A DNA stretch of 63,452 nt, counting the filler, from Sluysia triapertura (taxonomy: Eukaryota), in the NCBI GenBank assembly GCA_046118255.1. It is 5 parts of 5 records of this genome, joined end to end, with 100 filler letters (N's around TTAATTAATTAA, not from the genome) between each part and the next. Parts side by side here need not be neighbours in the genome. Positions count along the whole stretch, not along the records: positions 24,743 to 36,623 come from JBJNIA010161263.1; positions 36,724 to 51,009 come from JBJNIA010000345.1; 3 more parts are not named here. One strand, given 5' to 3'. The position numbers were made by a program, and so were the translations under genes. Below are positions 27,985 to 42,507 of the stretch, one piece after another. The first letter of the stretch is position 1, and the number at the start of each line of letters is the position of its first letter. The notes under the pieces were generated by a model that worked only from the letters and a program-made list of their open reading frames with translations, searched no databases and was not told where the DNA came from.

Positions 27985-28760
27985 AGTTTCAAATTATCTT
28001 TTGTTGTTTTCGCAAGTGCAGACAATTCCTTTCTGCTTGCACGTATTGTTTCGACTAATGTTGTGCCTTTGCCAACAATTTCGAAGCCATAAATGCAGTG
28101 ATGAAAAAATTGTGTTATATTATTTCTCCCACTGTGGGTTCGACTAATTTCATAACAAATTCACTCAGTGGTATTGACGCGGGTGTTGTTTAATACCGTC
28201 CGTTTATAATATATTTATGTCAGCTGTCAACCAAAATTTGATTCCAAATATGTCATGTTTTACGTAAATTTGCATCTTGTTTGCTCGATAATGCTCAGAT
28301 CCGCGCCTGGTTTACAACTTTGATTATTTTCAATGAATTTGTTCCATGAGCATGAAATTAAAGCAATTTTGTCCACACGATCAAACGTTGAATTCGTTGC
28401 TTTAGAGGCCTTTCGTTTTGTATGTGCTGTTGGACCTGGCACTTCTCTGATCGCCGGCCCTTTTGTGATTCGATGCTAAACAGTTCCATCATGAGCCGTT
28501 ACACTGTCTTCAACATTCTGCTCATCATCATGTTCAGAATCAGACAAAAATCTTTGACATCTGTGCCCGAAACATTCAAAACATTCTAATCTTCATAAAA
28601 CACATCATTATGCTGACTTTCCTCGTCGTCTGGAAAGTCACTTCGACTTTCACTTTGCTCATTTTCAGATAGAGAATTTTCCCAACTATAACTAGAGTCA
28701 AAATTGGTGTCATTGATTAAAAAATTTCATGTTATTACTACAGTGGGTTCTGTCATTTTT
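27985..28760 (-). mobile_element. piggyBac (PGBD4-like) transposase remnant with internal deletions
   Basis: Acidic N-terminus, then TAHDGTV, REVPGPTAHTKRK, ALISCSWNKFIENNQSCKPGADLSIIEQ..TRCKFT, NFF, MASKLLAK, TLVETIRASRKEL in piggyBac order. Confidence 0.8.
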
Positions 28761-31254
28761 ATGTTTCTGTCATTTGAATTACAGTTTAATTTCCTTGGAT
28801 TAGTTATTTTATTTATTCTTTTCTCAAGTCTCATATTTTTTTAATTTTACTTTCGGCTTAAGGCGACGGAAACAGAAAAGCATTAATATTTTAACTACAA
28901 CAGATTCACACAAAACAGAGTGTTTTATATTAGCTGTAAAAAAATAAACATAGAACATAAAGAATAATAACGTTAAAGCTACAACTCACAACAATCGTAG
29001 GTTTACTTGATTAACCATTACATTTGATATTTGTGAATCAGCCAAAGTTAGTGATGGTGTGATCGACGCCAATATTTAATTGTCTCCTGAAGAACGTCTT
29101 TCCACTTTATGCCTAAGTTTGCATGATAATTGTTTAATACCACTTGTACATAAAGTGAAACGTATAACAAAAGCCAATTATTAAATAGCATACCAAGAAC
29201 GACTATAACTAAATGAAACGGTATCAACAATAACAAAAAACAAACTATGATTATCAACTTGTAACGAAAAAATTTCTTTAGGAATTTTTATAATACTGAG
29301 TTTGATCAATATTAAAAACATATGAATATTTCATCAGGTTTGCATATAATCTATGTACACTGATCATCAAATATATTATCTTCTCTTCCGAATTGATATT
29401 TAATAGTATTTACTATTAAACAAATAAAAGCTGCAAAACTAATGAAATTTGGGTCAAATAAAGATTTGAATCTATAAATACAAATAAAATTAAGAATGAT
29501 GAAACAAAAACAGCTAAATTACTCGTATTGCTAATGTAATCTAACAATAATAATACGTACTCTCATTCTTCACTATACATGTTCAAAAAATCGATAACTG
29601 TTTAATTAATTACTTAATTATTATTTTTATTTTGCTATGATCATGATCGCTATAGTGATCAAGTAATATAATTTTATAGTAATAACGCTCATAATAAAAA
29701 TATAATTTAATTTATTAATTATTAGCTACTGTTGTTATTCAGCAGCTAGTAATTAGTAAATAATGAAAGTAATAATAATTCTTAATTTTGTTTGTAAAAC
29801 AATATAGTAAGTTTTATAATATTGTAGATAAACATAGAAAATAATTTTTTATTGATTTCGGTGGTATTAATGAATATAATAATTTTCGATTTTCTATTAT
29901 GCGGAATGTTTCAATAAAAAAAATATTAAAGAAATGATTTCGTAGATAAACTTAAAATTAATAAAATTATGGCAATATTTTTTACGCCGGTACCGATATA
30001 CACTTAAAATCGTAGGTAATTATTAACTAAGTTTAACAGGAATTAATAAAGATGATTTTGCCAATGTTTTATGTAGATAATATTAATTTTGCTTGCAAAA
30101 CTGAATTTAGTTTTAAAGAAAGCGTATATTTGTATACTTGTGATCGTTGTGATCATTATTGTTATTGATAATTTTTATCTTTTTTATCCATTTTTTATTT
30201 TTTTGCAATTAATAAAAACCTTACTGCATAAATCAGCGTTAAGTAATAAATTTTGCAAAAAATACGTCTGAATTACCGAATATAAAAGAAAGTAATATAG
30301 ATTATTGACATTTTGCTTCATAAATATGAAGACTTTTTGTTGAAGTTAATAAAGATAAAAATTTAAGTGACTCAAGAAATGAACAGGTTTTGCAATACAA
30401 TGAGGCTGACAACGAAAATTATACTTGATATTGATTCTTTATTAAAATCTTGGTACAATAATGAAAATATAGATGCTCCTGAAAAGGAAAGCACCAAAAT
30501 AGTTACACATACAAATATACGTAAATGCAACTCAACTCCTGCAACAATAAGATTTAACCAAGTATGGTATTATTAGAACTGTGCTTGTTTCATATGTATT
30601 GTATAATGGTTTGATATGTTATTTATTTAATTACTTGCTTATGTAAGACATGTTAATTTGTGTTGGTGTTTGTTTGTGAATATTATTGTAATTTGATCTC
30701 GAGTTCACTACAATCACAAATTAAAAAACATTTGAACTAGATTAATTGGTGCAACATTGGACTAGAAATTCCAAAAATTGTCAAAGTATATCACTATTTT
30801 AATATTCTGCTGTTTAATCCAATGAATAGTGAAATGTATTATACTGGAGAATATTTTACGTCACCAAATAAAATATCTTGCACAAGAACATGCGGTTACA
30901 GCATAAAAATATCATACCAATGACATTAATTTATCATCATCTTACTCATCTGAAACAATTTCGTTTCAGTAGAGTAATTTCTAAATGTTAGCTGCCCAAA
31001 TTTACAAAGAAAATGCACTTATATTACATAATTACAAACCTTATAAAGAAATCCTGAGTAATGATAGAAGATTGAAATCGTACTTCGGTAAACTATAATA
31101 TCCTTAACTTTATCCATTTGTTCAATAATTAGCGACAGACATTGATGTAAGTGTTCTTAATTGCGATTATTCTCATTAATATTATCTCGTTCAACAATAA
31201 CACTGATTTTGATAGTCACGAAAAACAAATTATTAAATATATTTAATTACTCAC

Positions 31255-31894
31255 TTGTGTTTCTGCCAATGATAATGTCAAAAGATTATGACAAAATTTT
31301 GCAATATCTGTTAAGGCAATATCAGTAATCTTCTTACAGCCTGATAAATCAATAATTAATAAATTAGGACATCGTTTAACCATTACTGATATCGAATAAT
31401 CGTTTATATCTAAGCATTGGCGTAATTGAACTGCTTTCAAATGACTCAAAAAGCTTATAGTTTTCAAAAAACCTAAACATTAAATAAATTAAGGCAAATA
31501 AACCAACATGAATCTGTTATGGTTGGAAAGGTTTTTTTAATTGAATTAATATTTAAATATTCTAAATAATGACATTTCCGAAGCATTGCTAATATATTAT
31601 TGTTCGGTTCACAATACGACAAATCAATCCTTTTAGTATTTTCATTAAGTAACTAAAAAATTTCAAAATAAAATTTCCAAATAAATTCACATATGAAAAC
31701 GTGGATTCCTCAACATCCCCTTTATTCATAAGTCCATTTAATATATCGTTTTTCAATTTATTAGGTAAATTTAAAAAGTCATAATAAATATCTTTATATG
31801 AATTAATAACCTTATTCATACTCCTAAATTACCTTATAGCATTATTAATAAAAAATTACATATTATAAAGCGACATATAATGAACTCGGAACAT
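31255..31894 (-). CDS. AMN1: AMN1-like leucine-rich-repeat protein (first four exons; 3' end not resolved)
   Basis: Spliced over three ~35-38 nt GT-AG introns: MFRVHYMSLYNMSMNKV..LPNKLKNDILNGLMNKG..LLNENTKRIDLSYC..LRKCHYLEYLNIN..AVQLRQCLDINDYSISVMVKRCPNLLIIDLSGCKKITDIALTDIAKFCHNLLTLSLAETQ. Colinear with AMN1. Confidence 0.75.
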
Positions 31895-32949
31895 TCTACT
31901 TTTAGAAGTGTAGTAAAAATTAAATTTTAAATACTAATATACGTAACATGAATTTTATGCACTTTTTTCCTACATTCAAATAATATTATTTTTTCGTTAC
32001 ATTCATAAACCTGTAAAATATTTATGACAACATAGTTAAAAAAATTAATTTTAATCATTTCTAAATTTCGGCTAATTCAAACAAATAAGAAATTCAATAA
32101 TTTTCCTTAGTTACATTTATTTAAAATTAATTTTTAAACACAACAGAGTTGTCATGTATCAATAATTTATTTTACAGCTTAACATTAATTTAACATTGCA
32201 TCTGGGTGAATACAATGTCTACTGCATTTATATTTAATACTCTTTAGAATCTCATAGAATGTCATTACGTATAGAAGAATTTAGAGACTGCATGTCTCAA
32301 GTAATGGCACTTCCAAAATTAAGAAAATGTTTTAGTTGAAAAATTTAAAATTTGATTATATCCAGAGTTAAGAACTTTATGCATTACCTTTTAAGGATAT
32401 TGCTAAGAACTTTAGAGTGTTAAAGAAATCTCGAGCCGAATAACGTGATAAAATAAGTTGATTAAGATAGTTTAGAATAGAAATTTTCTTAAGAAAATTG
32501 ACTCACCATCCTTAGAATAAATAAAGCAAAAATAATAAAGGTACTTGACTGTAATCAACAACAAATAAGAAGAAACTTTTCAATATTAGATAATGAAGAC
32601 AATTCCGAGTCAAAACTTAATGTGCATGTTGGAGTTAATTCGAGCACGCTAAACAAGCCAAATTGGTCATATTCTAGATAATTAGAGTTGGTCGTTTTAT
32701 TGATATTTATCATTTTTTAAAATAAATACTATTGTTATTATTATATCTGCTGAAAAAGTATAAATGAATATTTTTACTGATATTTGAAATGAAAGATAAT
32801 TAAAGTCGATGAACGGTGTTGAGATTGCCAAATTTTGGAACGGAAGATAGATGGGAAACACATGAAATTACAATTGCATGATGAATGAATGTAAACGATG
32901 AATAGAAACAGTAAAGTATTGTTGGAGTAAGAATGATGAAGATTGAAAT

Positions 32950-33480
32950 GATTATTGTTGCGTTGAGAGCTTAAGAATCCCTTTGAATTCCAAAGACCTA
33001 AATGAGGTGTTGAGACCTTTTGGAAGCTTGAGAAGCTTTAAAGGTATTGGGATATCTTTGAATTTGTGAACTCTGATATCATCTGAGACTTTATGAAACT
33101 TTTTGAAACCTTGACAAGCATCTAAGATCTTCAAGTAACTTTACAAAGTATACAAAATCTTTGAAATTTTTCAGAAATAAAATCATTGTTATTTGTATTA
33201 GGAATAAATATAGTATAGTAATAATTAACGTAAAGATGTAGAAAATGAATCAGGGTAGTGACGGTAAAATGTGTAGAACCTCATGAATGCCATAAAAACT
33301 ACTAAATAACTTTAGAACTTTGAAAACACCTTTAAACATAAAATAAGACTAAGTCTAAAATAGATTAATTAATTAAAATCATAATTAACTTAATTAAGAA
33401 AAGTACGTTTTTGTGAATAACTTTTGAATGTGGAATGCTATGTTAAATTTGAAGATATATATGTATTTGTTTTAAAAATG
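32950..33480. repeat. Dispersed repeat family, copy 2
   Basis: Aligns with 21830-22390 and 44700-45460. The minus-strand peptide KLPKGLNTSFRS matches KLPQGLNTFYRS in copy 4. Confidence 0.8.
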
Positions 33481-35429
33481 TTGGGATTGCCCAGTTAGTG
33501 TATAGAAAATAAGGAAAAGATAATAGAATTTAAAATATATAAGAAAAAGTAATATAAAATATCTGAAATATGATAAAATAAATATAATCAAATATTTCTA
33601 GAGCAAGATTAATTAAAAATAAAATGTCTATAATCATTTTGAAACCGAAGAATATGTTGAGATTGCCCATGTGTAGATCAGAAGATGAGTGATAAACAAT
33701 GTAGAACTATTAAATGAAAAGAAAACTGATACAAAGTGATGGATTTGTTGTGTCTTTTATACTTTTTATTTTACAAATTATTAATTAAAACCCAATAATT
33801 AAACAACTTCAGAATCTCGATATATTCTTTGAATAATCAAAAATTACAATTTAAAAGATAACAATTTTTCTTTATGACAAAGACAATACAAAGTACTCTA
33901 TAACAAAATACAAATTATTCTTTATAACAAAATTGCAAATTATTCTCTATCACAACGTAAATTACTCTTTAAAAACAAATTAAAAAGCCAAGGGTGACAG
34001 AACTTAAATCCTCACACCCGAATTAATGCAAAATACACTCAATACAAAAAAGATCACTAACCCTAGGTCCTCTAACTCTAATTGTTTATAATGATCAGTT
34101 ACTAAAGCCCTGATATCACAGTTAACCACAGATGTATCAAGGCAGCGTCCTTCGGCTAAAAAGTTTTGATATTCCAATTTAATGCTTATCTCTGTCGATT
34201 TTTATTTCTAATTTTATGCAAATTTGTAACTGCTTATATAGAACTTTTATGATGCCGTAGGAAATTAAAATCAAATATTTATATAACATAATTACTATTA
34301 ATTTTCTAAATATTGATATTGTTAGTGTCTGTTGCGTCACTCGCGGTTGTTTTGTCTTAATTAGATTGTAATATCCTTGATTTTATTATTAAACGCTATT
34401 ATTATTAAACGTTATTTTAGTTGTTCTCAGTAGTTAGTAAAGATTCTTATTGATAATAAATTGTATTACGATTTTTTGGCTAATAGTACATTATTGTCTT
34501 ATTTTTTATGTGATTTTCAAGAACTTAAATTTGAAATAATAGTTATTACTATTATAATAGAAGATTACTACAAAATTATACTTAATATACTGACTATTTA
34601 AATTATTAAGGTTCCTTTAAGCTAATCAAGTTAATATTGAGTTGTAATAACTAAATAATTTTAGAGACGCAACATTATGACATAATTGATCTTTTCTCAT
34701 TATGCAACACTTTTATTTATTAAATAATTATTTCTAATTATTCCTTCATACAACATAAATTATGCATCGTTATACATTGTCTATTGAATAAGTTCATGTT
34801 TCTATTATAACTAACACATATTATAAGTAATTTTAACATAAAATTTCATCAACATGGTTAAAAGATTTCTTAGATATTAATTACAAGTTAAAAATAAGTT
34901 TCAAAAATGCGTAAGTTTTTTATTCAATACTTAAATTTTTGTTTTTTATAAAGTGCGTAATATTTATTTATTTTTATGATGAGCGGTTTTTATTATCTGT
35001 ATTTTTACATTAACTCATTACTGGCTGTTGACGTAGTAATACACGTCATTTTTTATTCGAAATCCAGAAGCCGCTGACGTAGTAGTACGTTTTTTGACAG
35101 AATAACTTTGTTCTTGTTGCCATCAAACAGTCGATTAAGAAGTTTTAACGGCTAGTTATGAGTTAAGAAATGTTTTGTCTTTATTTAAAAAGCATTCGAT
35201 TTTGTATTACTTTTTAAATATTCTAAATGTGGTGATTTATTATTTAATGTATTTATTAATAACATTAATTTTATTTCGTTAAGAATTGTTATCGAAAATG
35301 AAAATTCTTCTTAATTATATATTTCTTTAAAAACTTTATTACTAAAATTAGTTTGAATTTATTCAAATCAAATAACAATTGAAAGTAACAAAGGAAACTA
35401 TCTATTTTTATTAATTCTATACAAAAAAA

Positions 35430-36490
35430 TTTCTTAATACAACGTTTTACCATTTTTTGAACATGCCAAGACCTAATTTCATTTATTTCTCTAAAAAAAT
35501 ACAAATAGATAAATCGAGTTAAATTAAAATAATTCGAAACAGAATATATAATTACTTGTGTCACTGGGTCGAATGGTATGTTAATACAACTATGATTCTT
35601 AATGTCAACAGTACTAATAGATAAGCTTTGTATGTCGAGTATGATTCCTAAAGTTGATAAAATAGATTTGATTCTACGATAATGATCATTGAAATTTGCA
35701 GGATGACTAAGAACATCTTTGAATTCATAAATTCCGTGGTAATATCTACAGTGGTTCCCATTTCTAGAACATTCGCCAGTTTGAGTAGTTTTATACAAAC
35801 AAAGAGCGATCTTGCAGTGTTTGTTATCATTAACATAATTCAGTGGATTTATATGTTAAGGCTTTATATGTAAAACGGCCAGTTTTTGATCTTTCGTTCG
35901 ACAAGTCTGTCTTTAATGATACTACTTTATTTGTTATTACAAATGAATCAACATCTACTATATTTGTAAAAACTAATTCGTGAGCCGTTGGAAACATATT
36001 AATAGGTTTTTCTACAGCTTGACCGTCATCTTGCTTTATCATTTTATATTTCAAAGAATAGGCATGATTCTTTGACTTTTTTGTTACCTGAATAAATCAT
36101 AGTAATTTCTTTCGACTGAGATGGATAAAATCATGCAGTTAAACTTCTTGTACTAGTATTTTGTACTTGCACTAATCTAACATAAATTTCATTAATTTCA
36201 CAATTAATAACTTTCGGTTATATTCCGTGTAATCCATGAAACATACTAGTTAAAATTAATTATTTATACGTAGTTAATGTTGGCTTAACAAATTTTACAT
36301 TTACTGGATAATTATTCTCGTCTTTAAAATATTGCGATACATCACATCCATCTTCAAATCTACTATTTTTTATTTACTTAACGTTAACAGAGTAAAAAAT
36401 ATAACCAATTTTTAAATCATCTTTTTCACCAAAGTCATTTTCACCAATTTTAATCAACATATTTGAATGACATATACAATGGAAAACAAA
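35430..36490 (-). pseudogene. CCCH-family locus (close paralog of 57960-59100)
   Basis: KHCKIALCLYKTTQTGECSRNGNHCRYYHGIYEFK finger; IVDVDSFVITNK; FNDHYRRIKSIL; GT-AG intron ~35490-35554; frameshifts. Confidence 0.7.
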
Positions 36491-36623
36491 ATGTCTTATC
36501 TATATCAATTGTTGGAATGCAATGATCATAATAATATCGTAAACCACCCGATTCACTAATAATTATAATACGATAAATGTACATTACAAAGCAAACGTTA
36601 ATGTAAGGATCAAAATAAACAAT

Positions 36624-36723
36624 NNNNNNNNNNNNNNNNNNNNNNNNNNNNNNNNNNNNNNNNNNNNTTAATTAATTAANNNNNNNNNNNNNNNNNNNNN
36701 NNNNNNNNNNNNNNNNNNNNNNN
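36624..36723. other. Artificial contig spacer
   Basis: N44-TTAATTAATTAA-N44. Confidence 0.97.
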
Positions 36724-36773
<50 letters not shown>

Positions 36774-37399
36774 TGCAAACTATTAATAATCATAATAATC
36801 TATAACAATAAATTCATAATTAATAATGATAATAAGGTTGTAATATTGTCAAAATAATACCTTAAGGGTGTAACACCTCTATTAAATTACAAAAATTATT
36901 TTTGATAAAGAAAAGTAATATTTGGCGCGTCATGCCATAATTATATGAAGAGTATGTTAGTAAAACAAAAAAATTACACAACAAAGTTTATGCAAAATTA
37001 AATCAACTTTGATATTCACAGTGGCAACCTAAAAAATTGTGTTATTTTATATAATCAGGTCACTTATTTTATAAAAAATTGTGAGATGAAGCATCAAAAT
37101 AATTGAGTTATCAAACTAACCAATGATGTTCAACGTGATCCTAATTTTCAACAACGTAATTTAGAATACACAGATTGCTTAACAATTATTTGGTAAGAAA
37201 ATAATTATAACCATTAAATTCGTATATTTGTATTGTTAGCTTTCCCATGTTTACTGCTACCTGAAAAAAATCACATTTAAAATTTATATTATTGTATTAA
37301 GTTAATCTGCTTTATTTTGTCTTTATTATTGTCTTGTTTTTATATAGAGATAAACTTTCAAGAACTATATTTTGTGTTCGATTTCTCTATAAAAATCAA

Positions 37400-37680
37400 C
37401 AATTATAATTTTAAATAAATCGGTCCGTCTGTATATTGCGGTTTACGTCTGAACGAGGACGCAATTACAGATGCTAAAAGAAATTAAATCTTTCCTACAA
37501 AAATCGAAAGATCAACTTGAGGGTCACTAATTTTCTTTTTGATCAGTCCTTTAATGCAGTCTGCGTTTTACTGTTATACTTTTCTACAAACTCCTAAATT
37601 TAATTTACTTAAGCTATACAGATTTTTAGTTCAGAGTATTTACTGAACCGTGAGACCATTTGATACATCATCAATCTCTA
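37400..37680 (-). mobile_element. Degraded integrase core fragment
   Basis: DDVSNGL(TV) and VEKYNSKTQTAL (cf. SDNG...VERFNRTLKTAL). Confidence 0.4.
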
Positions 37681-38300
37681 AAAATCTTCGAAACTTTCAT
37701 AAACATTTGAGAACTTTGAGCAACCCGGTAAATATTTGAAGTATTTAAATATTTGTGAAATAAAAGCATTGATATTAATATTAAAGGTAAATATTATATA
37801 GTAATAATTAATATAGAGAAGTAGAAAAGGTACCAAAATTAAAGATGAAAGCATCTGGAACTCTCTGACTGCCTTATAAAGTTCCAAACAACTTTCAAAA
37901 CCTAATAAAACCTTTAAGCATAAATAAGATCAAGTATGAAAATAGATTAATTTATTAAAACATATAATTAACGTTTTATGAATGTTTGAAAGCAGAATGC
38001 TGTGTTAAAGTTATAACTGTGTGTGCTAGTTTTAATAATATCATTAGATGGAAATATGGTTTGACCGCGTTTATGCGATGAAAAATTTAAAATTGAGCGA
38101 AGTCAAATTTTTATTAACTTTCATTTATAAAATAGTAAATTTTTTATATTTAAAATAATAAAAATATAATGAATTGAATATGAGATGACTGCTATGAAAG
38201 AGAAGAATCCGGAAATAAATTTGAAATGTTAATACAAAGGGCTGTTTGAGAATAATAACCTTAAACATTTGCTATTAGAAAGGTAATTGAATTCCAAAAC
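37680..38300. repeat. Dispersed repeat family, copy 3 (more diverged)
   Basis: tgccttataaa...tatggtttgaccg...aagtcaaattttt...tgctatgaaagag aligns with copies 1 and 4. Confidence 0.75.
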
Positions 38301-39099
38301 TAAAGTTAATATTTGTTGACAATATAAATAAAAATAGATCGAGTAGAGTAGAGGATCATTAATTATTAATCTACATCTAATAAAGTCTGACAAGCCGCAG
38401 TATGTTACAGTCGATTTCAAATGATTTATGTAAAAGAATGTTTGACTGTATAACTCAAGAGTGACTGAATAATGAGAAAGTATAAAGGGAATACTTAAAA
38501 ATTTTATTCACAATAATTAACGTTTATTATTTAAAACGCAAAACTTTAGAAAATGGCAAACCCTTTAATTTTTTACGCGCATCACATTTAACTGCAGAAT
38601 TGTACAAAACAATAATAATTCGTAATACCAAAGAGAACAATTCCATATTGTGGGTAATATTTTTTATTTCGTTTTGTTATAAAATAATAATTCAAGTATT
38701 TTTTGGGAGTCCTCATTTAGATTTTGTATAATAAATTCAGATAGTTTTTTGTGAATCATAGCATCTTTATTCATTTCATCTATTTATTTATTTATTAAAT
38801 ATTATATTAATTTTATATTCAAATATTTTTTAAAAATCTTCTCTTTATTTTATGTATTAATGTATGACTTTAGATTATTGGTGATCCGCCTTTATATGAT
38901 TCAATATTTTTGTTCAAAATATTTATTGAAAATATTTAAATTTTGTTTGTGCCAATTGATAATTATTGTTTTATTATTATTATTATGTTATGTGAGAGAA
39001 TAAAAGAAGAGTTTATGTAAAACTTAAAAGTGAGTTCATCAACGTACTGGACTTACCAACGAGGGCCAGCCTTTGGATTTTAATGTAAGATAAAATTTT

Positions 39100-42000
39100 A
39101 ACTAAATGCAATACTAAGTTTGCCTAGAGCCTTAAATCTTTATCAATGTCAAACAATTGCCTTAAATCTGAAGTTTATTATTGTCAAACTAATTTAGAGT
39201 AACAATGATTTTGCGTATATCCTATTATATAGGATCGATCTAAGAAATATTGTTTGCTATAATTAAAATCTAGCGTGTAAAACAAAATTTTTGTTATCTA
39301 AATGATTTTATTATAAGAAATAATTTAATTACTCAATGATTTATTAATTAAAGAAATACACAAAAAGAAAATATAGTACGGATTTTACTTTAACTAGGTA
39401 GAACTAGTTACACAAAACTCAATATTTTATAAAATTGATTTTACCTTGGACCCTTATATGGTCCAGTTATATGTTAAGAAATTTAACGTGAAGTTTACTT
39501 ATGATATTAAATATCAGCTCTTAATATTAATTAAACTAACGCGAATTTACTAAGTTAATAAAACTTCTTTCTTCAAATTGATATCGTAATTAAAAAATTT
39601 TTCCGAAAATGTCACCGTAACTTTAAATAAAATTGTGTTTAAAAATCTTTTATAAAATTATTATAAAATTATTGAGATTATGTTAAAAATGTCTTTGCTT
39701 ATATAGTGTTTTAACCTGACCTTGAAAGGTCAGATTAAAACAAACTAAAATAATTTTTTATATAGTCGCGTTATTTAATAAAAATTTTAAAAAAATATTT
39801 AACATAATTTAATATTAAAAATAAAATAACATACTTATTTTAATAATAACAATCCAAATAACAATCCAAATAACAATCCAAAAAATTTTTTCAAAAATAA
39901 CAAATATAATAAATTCAATAAATATGTTTAAATTCAATAAATATGTTTATCAAAATCAATATTATGTCTCTAAATTATTAATGTTCGAATTGCGTTATAA
40001 TTTATCAATGTCCAATGTCCAATATTTCAACACAACAATATAAAAGTCATTCGCTAATACTCTTTAACTTATATCACACAAATTACAGGACCAAAAATAA
40101 ATAAATAATTAATAAAAATAAAAATCTTCAACATAAACTATTATAATAAACTATTATTATAAATTGTTACGTTTGGTTCAGCTGATATCGCTTTTCTAAT
40201 TTGTCTCAACATCACCTCCGAAACATAATTACTCTCACTCTTCGTCCTATTACTATTAGTCTGGAAGACAAAGTTAAATTAGTCTGTAGTTAGTCTTTCA
40301 ATAAAAGATTACTTAAACTTGAATAATGTAGGCATTTTGAGGAAAAGGGAAAGAGAATTATAGAGATTTTAAGAAAAAAGAAAATTATAAAATTGTTAAA
40401 AAGAAAAAGAAAGTTTTAAAGATTTTACAGAAAAGAGAAAGAAAATTATAAAAATTTTTTTAAGATAAGAAAAAGAAAATCATAAAAGTTTTAAAGAAAA
40501 AGAAAAGAAAAAGAAAGTTTTAAAGATTTTAAAGAATAGTAATAATAGTAATTACGAAGAAAGTTATATTATGCATTTTTTAATTACTAATTAGAAAGAA
40601 ATTCAAAAATTTAGAAATTGCATTTTAAAAATTAATTACAAAGTGTCAGAAAGTTATATTTTGCACTTTTAGAAGACGTGCAAGATATAAGTCCACGTAT
40701 AATCTCCAAATACCAGAAAGTTATATTTTGCATTTTTAGAAGACGTGAAAGATATAAGTCCACGTCTTATCTCTAAAAACTATTTGAAAAATGACAGATT
40801 TGATAAAGATATTTCTCAGAACAAAAATAGTTTTAAATGGATTCGGATCAGATTTTTATGGTGGTTTTTTGAAAATAATTCTCGAAGTGAATCCATCCAA
40901 GATCAATGTAAGTGGTGGCCTTTATTTCACGTACTGCAGTGGAATGATTAGCATGAGAATACATATGAATGATTTTTGAAGCAACTCAATGGATGATTCA
41001 GCTCCTGTCTCAATGTTTTTGGCTTAGATTTAAATTTTTATGGCTTTAGACCTTTTATGTTCCTGATTTGTTACCATAACTTTGACAAAACCCATAACTT
41101 TTATAAAAAGAAATGTATCAGTCACAATTTTTATGCTACTAAAGACGATTATTACGTATATCTTTGCTACCATGTAAGTTATTTGTGTGCTTGACGTTTC
41201 GACGCACGGCTGAATTCAATTTGTGTAGCTATTATATTTTTCTGTGTTAAAGCAAGAACATTTAATTTATGGTAATGTAAAGTCGTTAATTATTTCATCT
41301 ATTTGTAAGGATCTTAAGTCCGTATTGCTTTTAAATAATTTAAATGCAAATTACTAGCACAAATAAATGCATATCGGACATTACAGAACATGTTTCGTTT
41401 ACTCACTCTTGTATAATGTCCATACTTACCACAATTATCACAGTTTATTTCCCCATCTATGTTAGTTTGTGTCTTGTTATTATTTCCATATTTCATTGGG
41501 CTCTTACTTCTATTTCTATAACTGTTAATATTAGAATTAGGTGGATATCTTGGTCTTTGTTCATAGTTAGATGCACCATATTTGCTTATTTTGGAACCCT
41601 TTACTTCTATTATTATTACCCCTATAATTATTTGTATTACTTCCATAATTATTAGTATTATTTCTATTATTTGAATTACCTCTACATGGGCTACTGTAAT
41701 TACTATCTCGATCATTATATCTATTGTAATTTAAGGAATTATATTTATTATTATTCTAATCATAATTATTTCTATTTCTTTTTAGTTTAGGACTTTTATC
41801 TCTTTTATTTTAATCTTTGTTATTACTTACTTAGTTAATATTATCCTTATCATAAATATAAGATTGTTCTTAATTTCTTAATTATTTCTTTTAAAGATTT
41901 TCCTTCTATTAAGGTAGCATATGTCCTTAATTCTGGTCGTAAGCCAGTTTTTAATTTGTCTATTATGTCGATTTTTTTATCTTCAGAGATTTTTGCCTGG

Positions 42001-42507
42001 TACAAGGCTTTTAAGAGCACAAGCGAATTCAAATACAGATTCGTTTGGCTTTTGTATTCTTGAGTTTAACATTTTAGTGTAATATTTTCCTATGTCATCA
42101 AGTGCTATCTCTTCAGTATAGGCGTTAACAAATGCATTCCAAGACTGTTTATCAGTACTGATTATTTCCTCATATGTCTGGATCACGCCCCATTTAAATA
42201 ATTTTAAATTCTTCTTATATTTTTGGCTTCGGCGATGTTTTCATATTCAAATAAGAAATCGCAGAGATCTTCTTCTGCTCCGTAAAATTTTTTCATTTCA
42301 GGTAATGCAATTATAGGGAGCATATCTCTGGCTAAATGAACCATGCATTCCTTAAAATCATCGTCGTACAGTACAATTTGTTTATCTATTTTTTGCATAA
42401 GTCTTACTATAATTAGTTTAGAGTATAGCAATTTAACAACTAACACTTGCGAAATCTATATTTATTTTATATATCCTTCTGAATACTGTGCCTCACTCTG
42501 GGTACCA
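39100..42507 (-). mobile_element. Decayed Ty3/gypsy LTR retrotransposon: PBS, gag, zinc knuckle, protease, weak integrase traces
   Basis: PBS-like TGGTACCCAGAGTGAGG (42507-42491). gag: KKFYGAEEDLCDFLFEYENIAEA, RIQKPNESVFEFA, KLKTGLRPELR. Knuckle CDNCGKYGH. Protease IETGAESS (~41014-40990) and a frameshifted ILGMD-like motif (~40900). The left boundary rests on weak GPY/F traces and is uncertain. Confidence 0.8.
40647..40780. repeat. 67-bp tandem duplication
   Basis: cagaaagttatattttgca...agatataagtccacgt..atctc occurs at 40647 and again at 40714. Confidence 0.9.

Noticed and set aside
29048-30576. Possible exons at 29048-29257 (-) and 30367-30561 (+)
   Set aside because: Could not build a spliced model or recognise a domain; may be real but unsupported.
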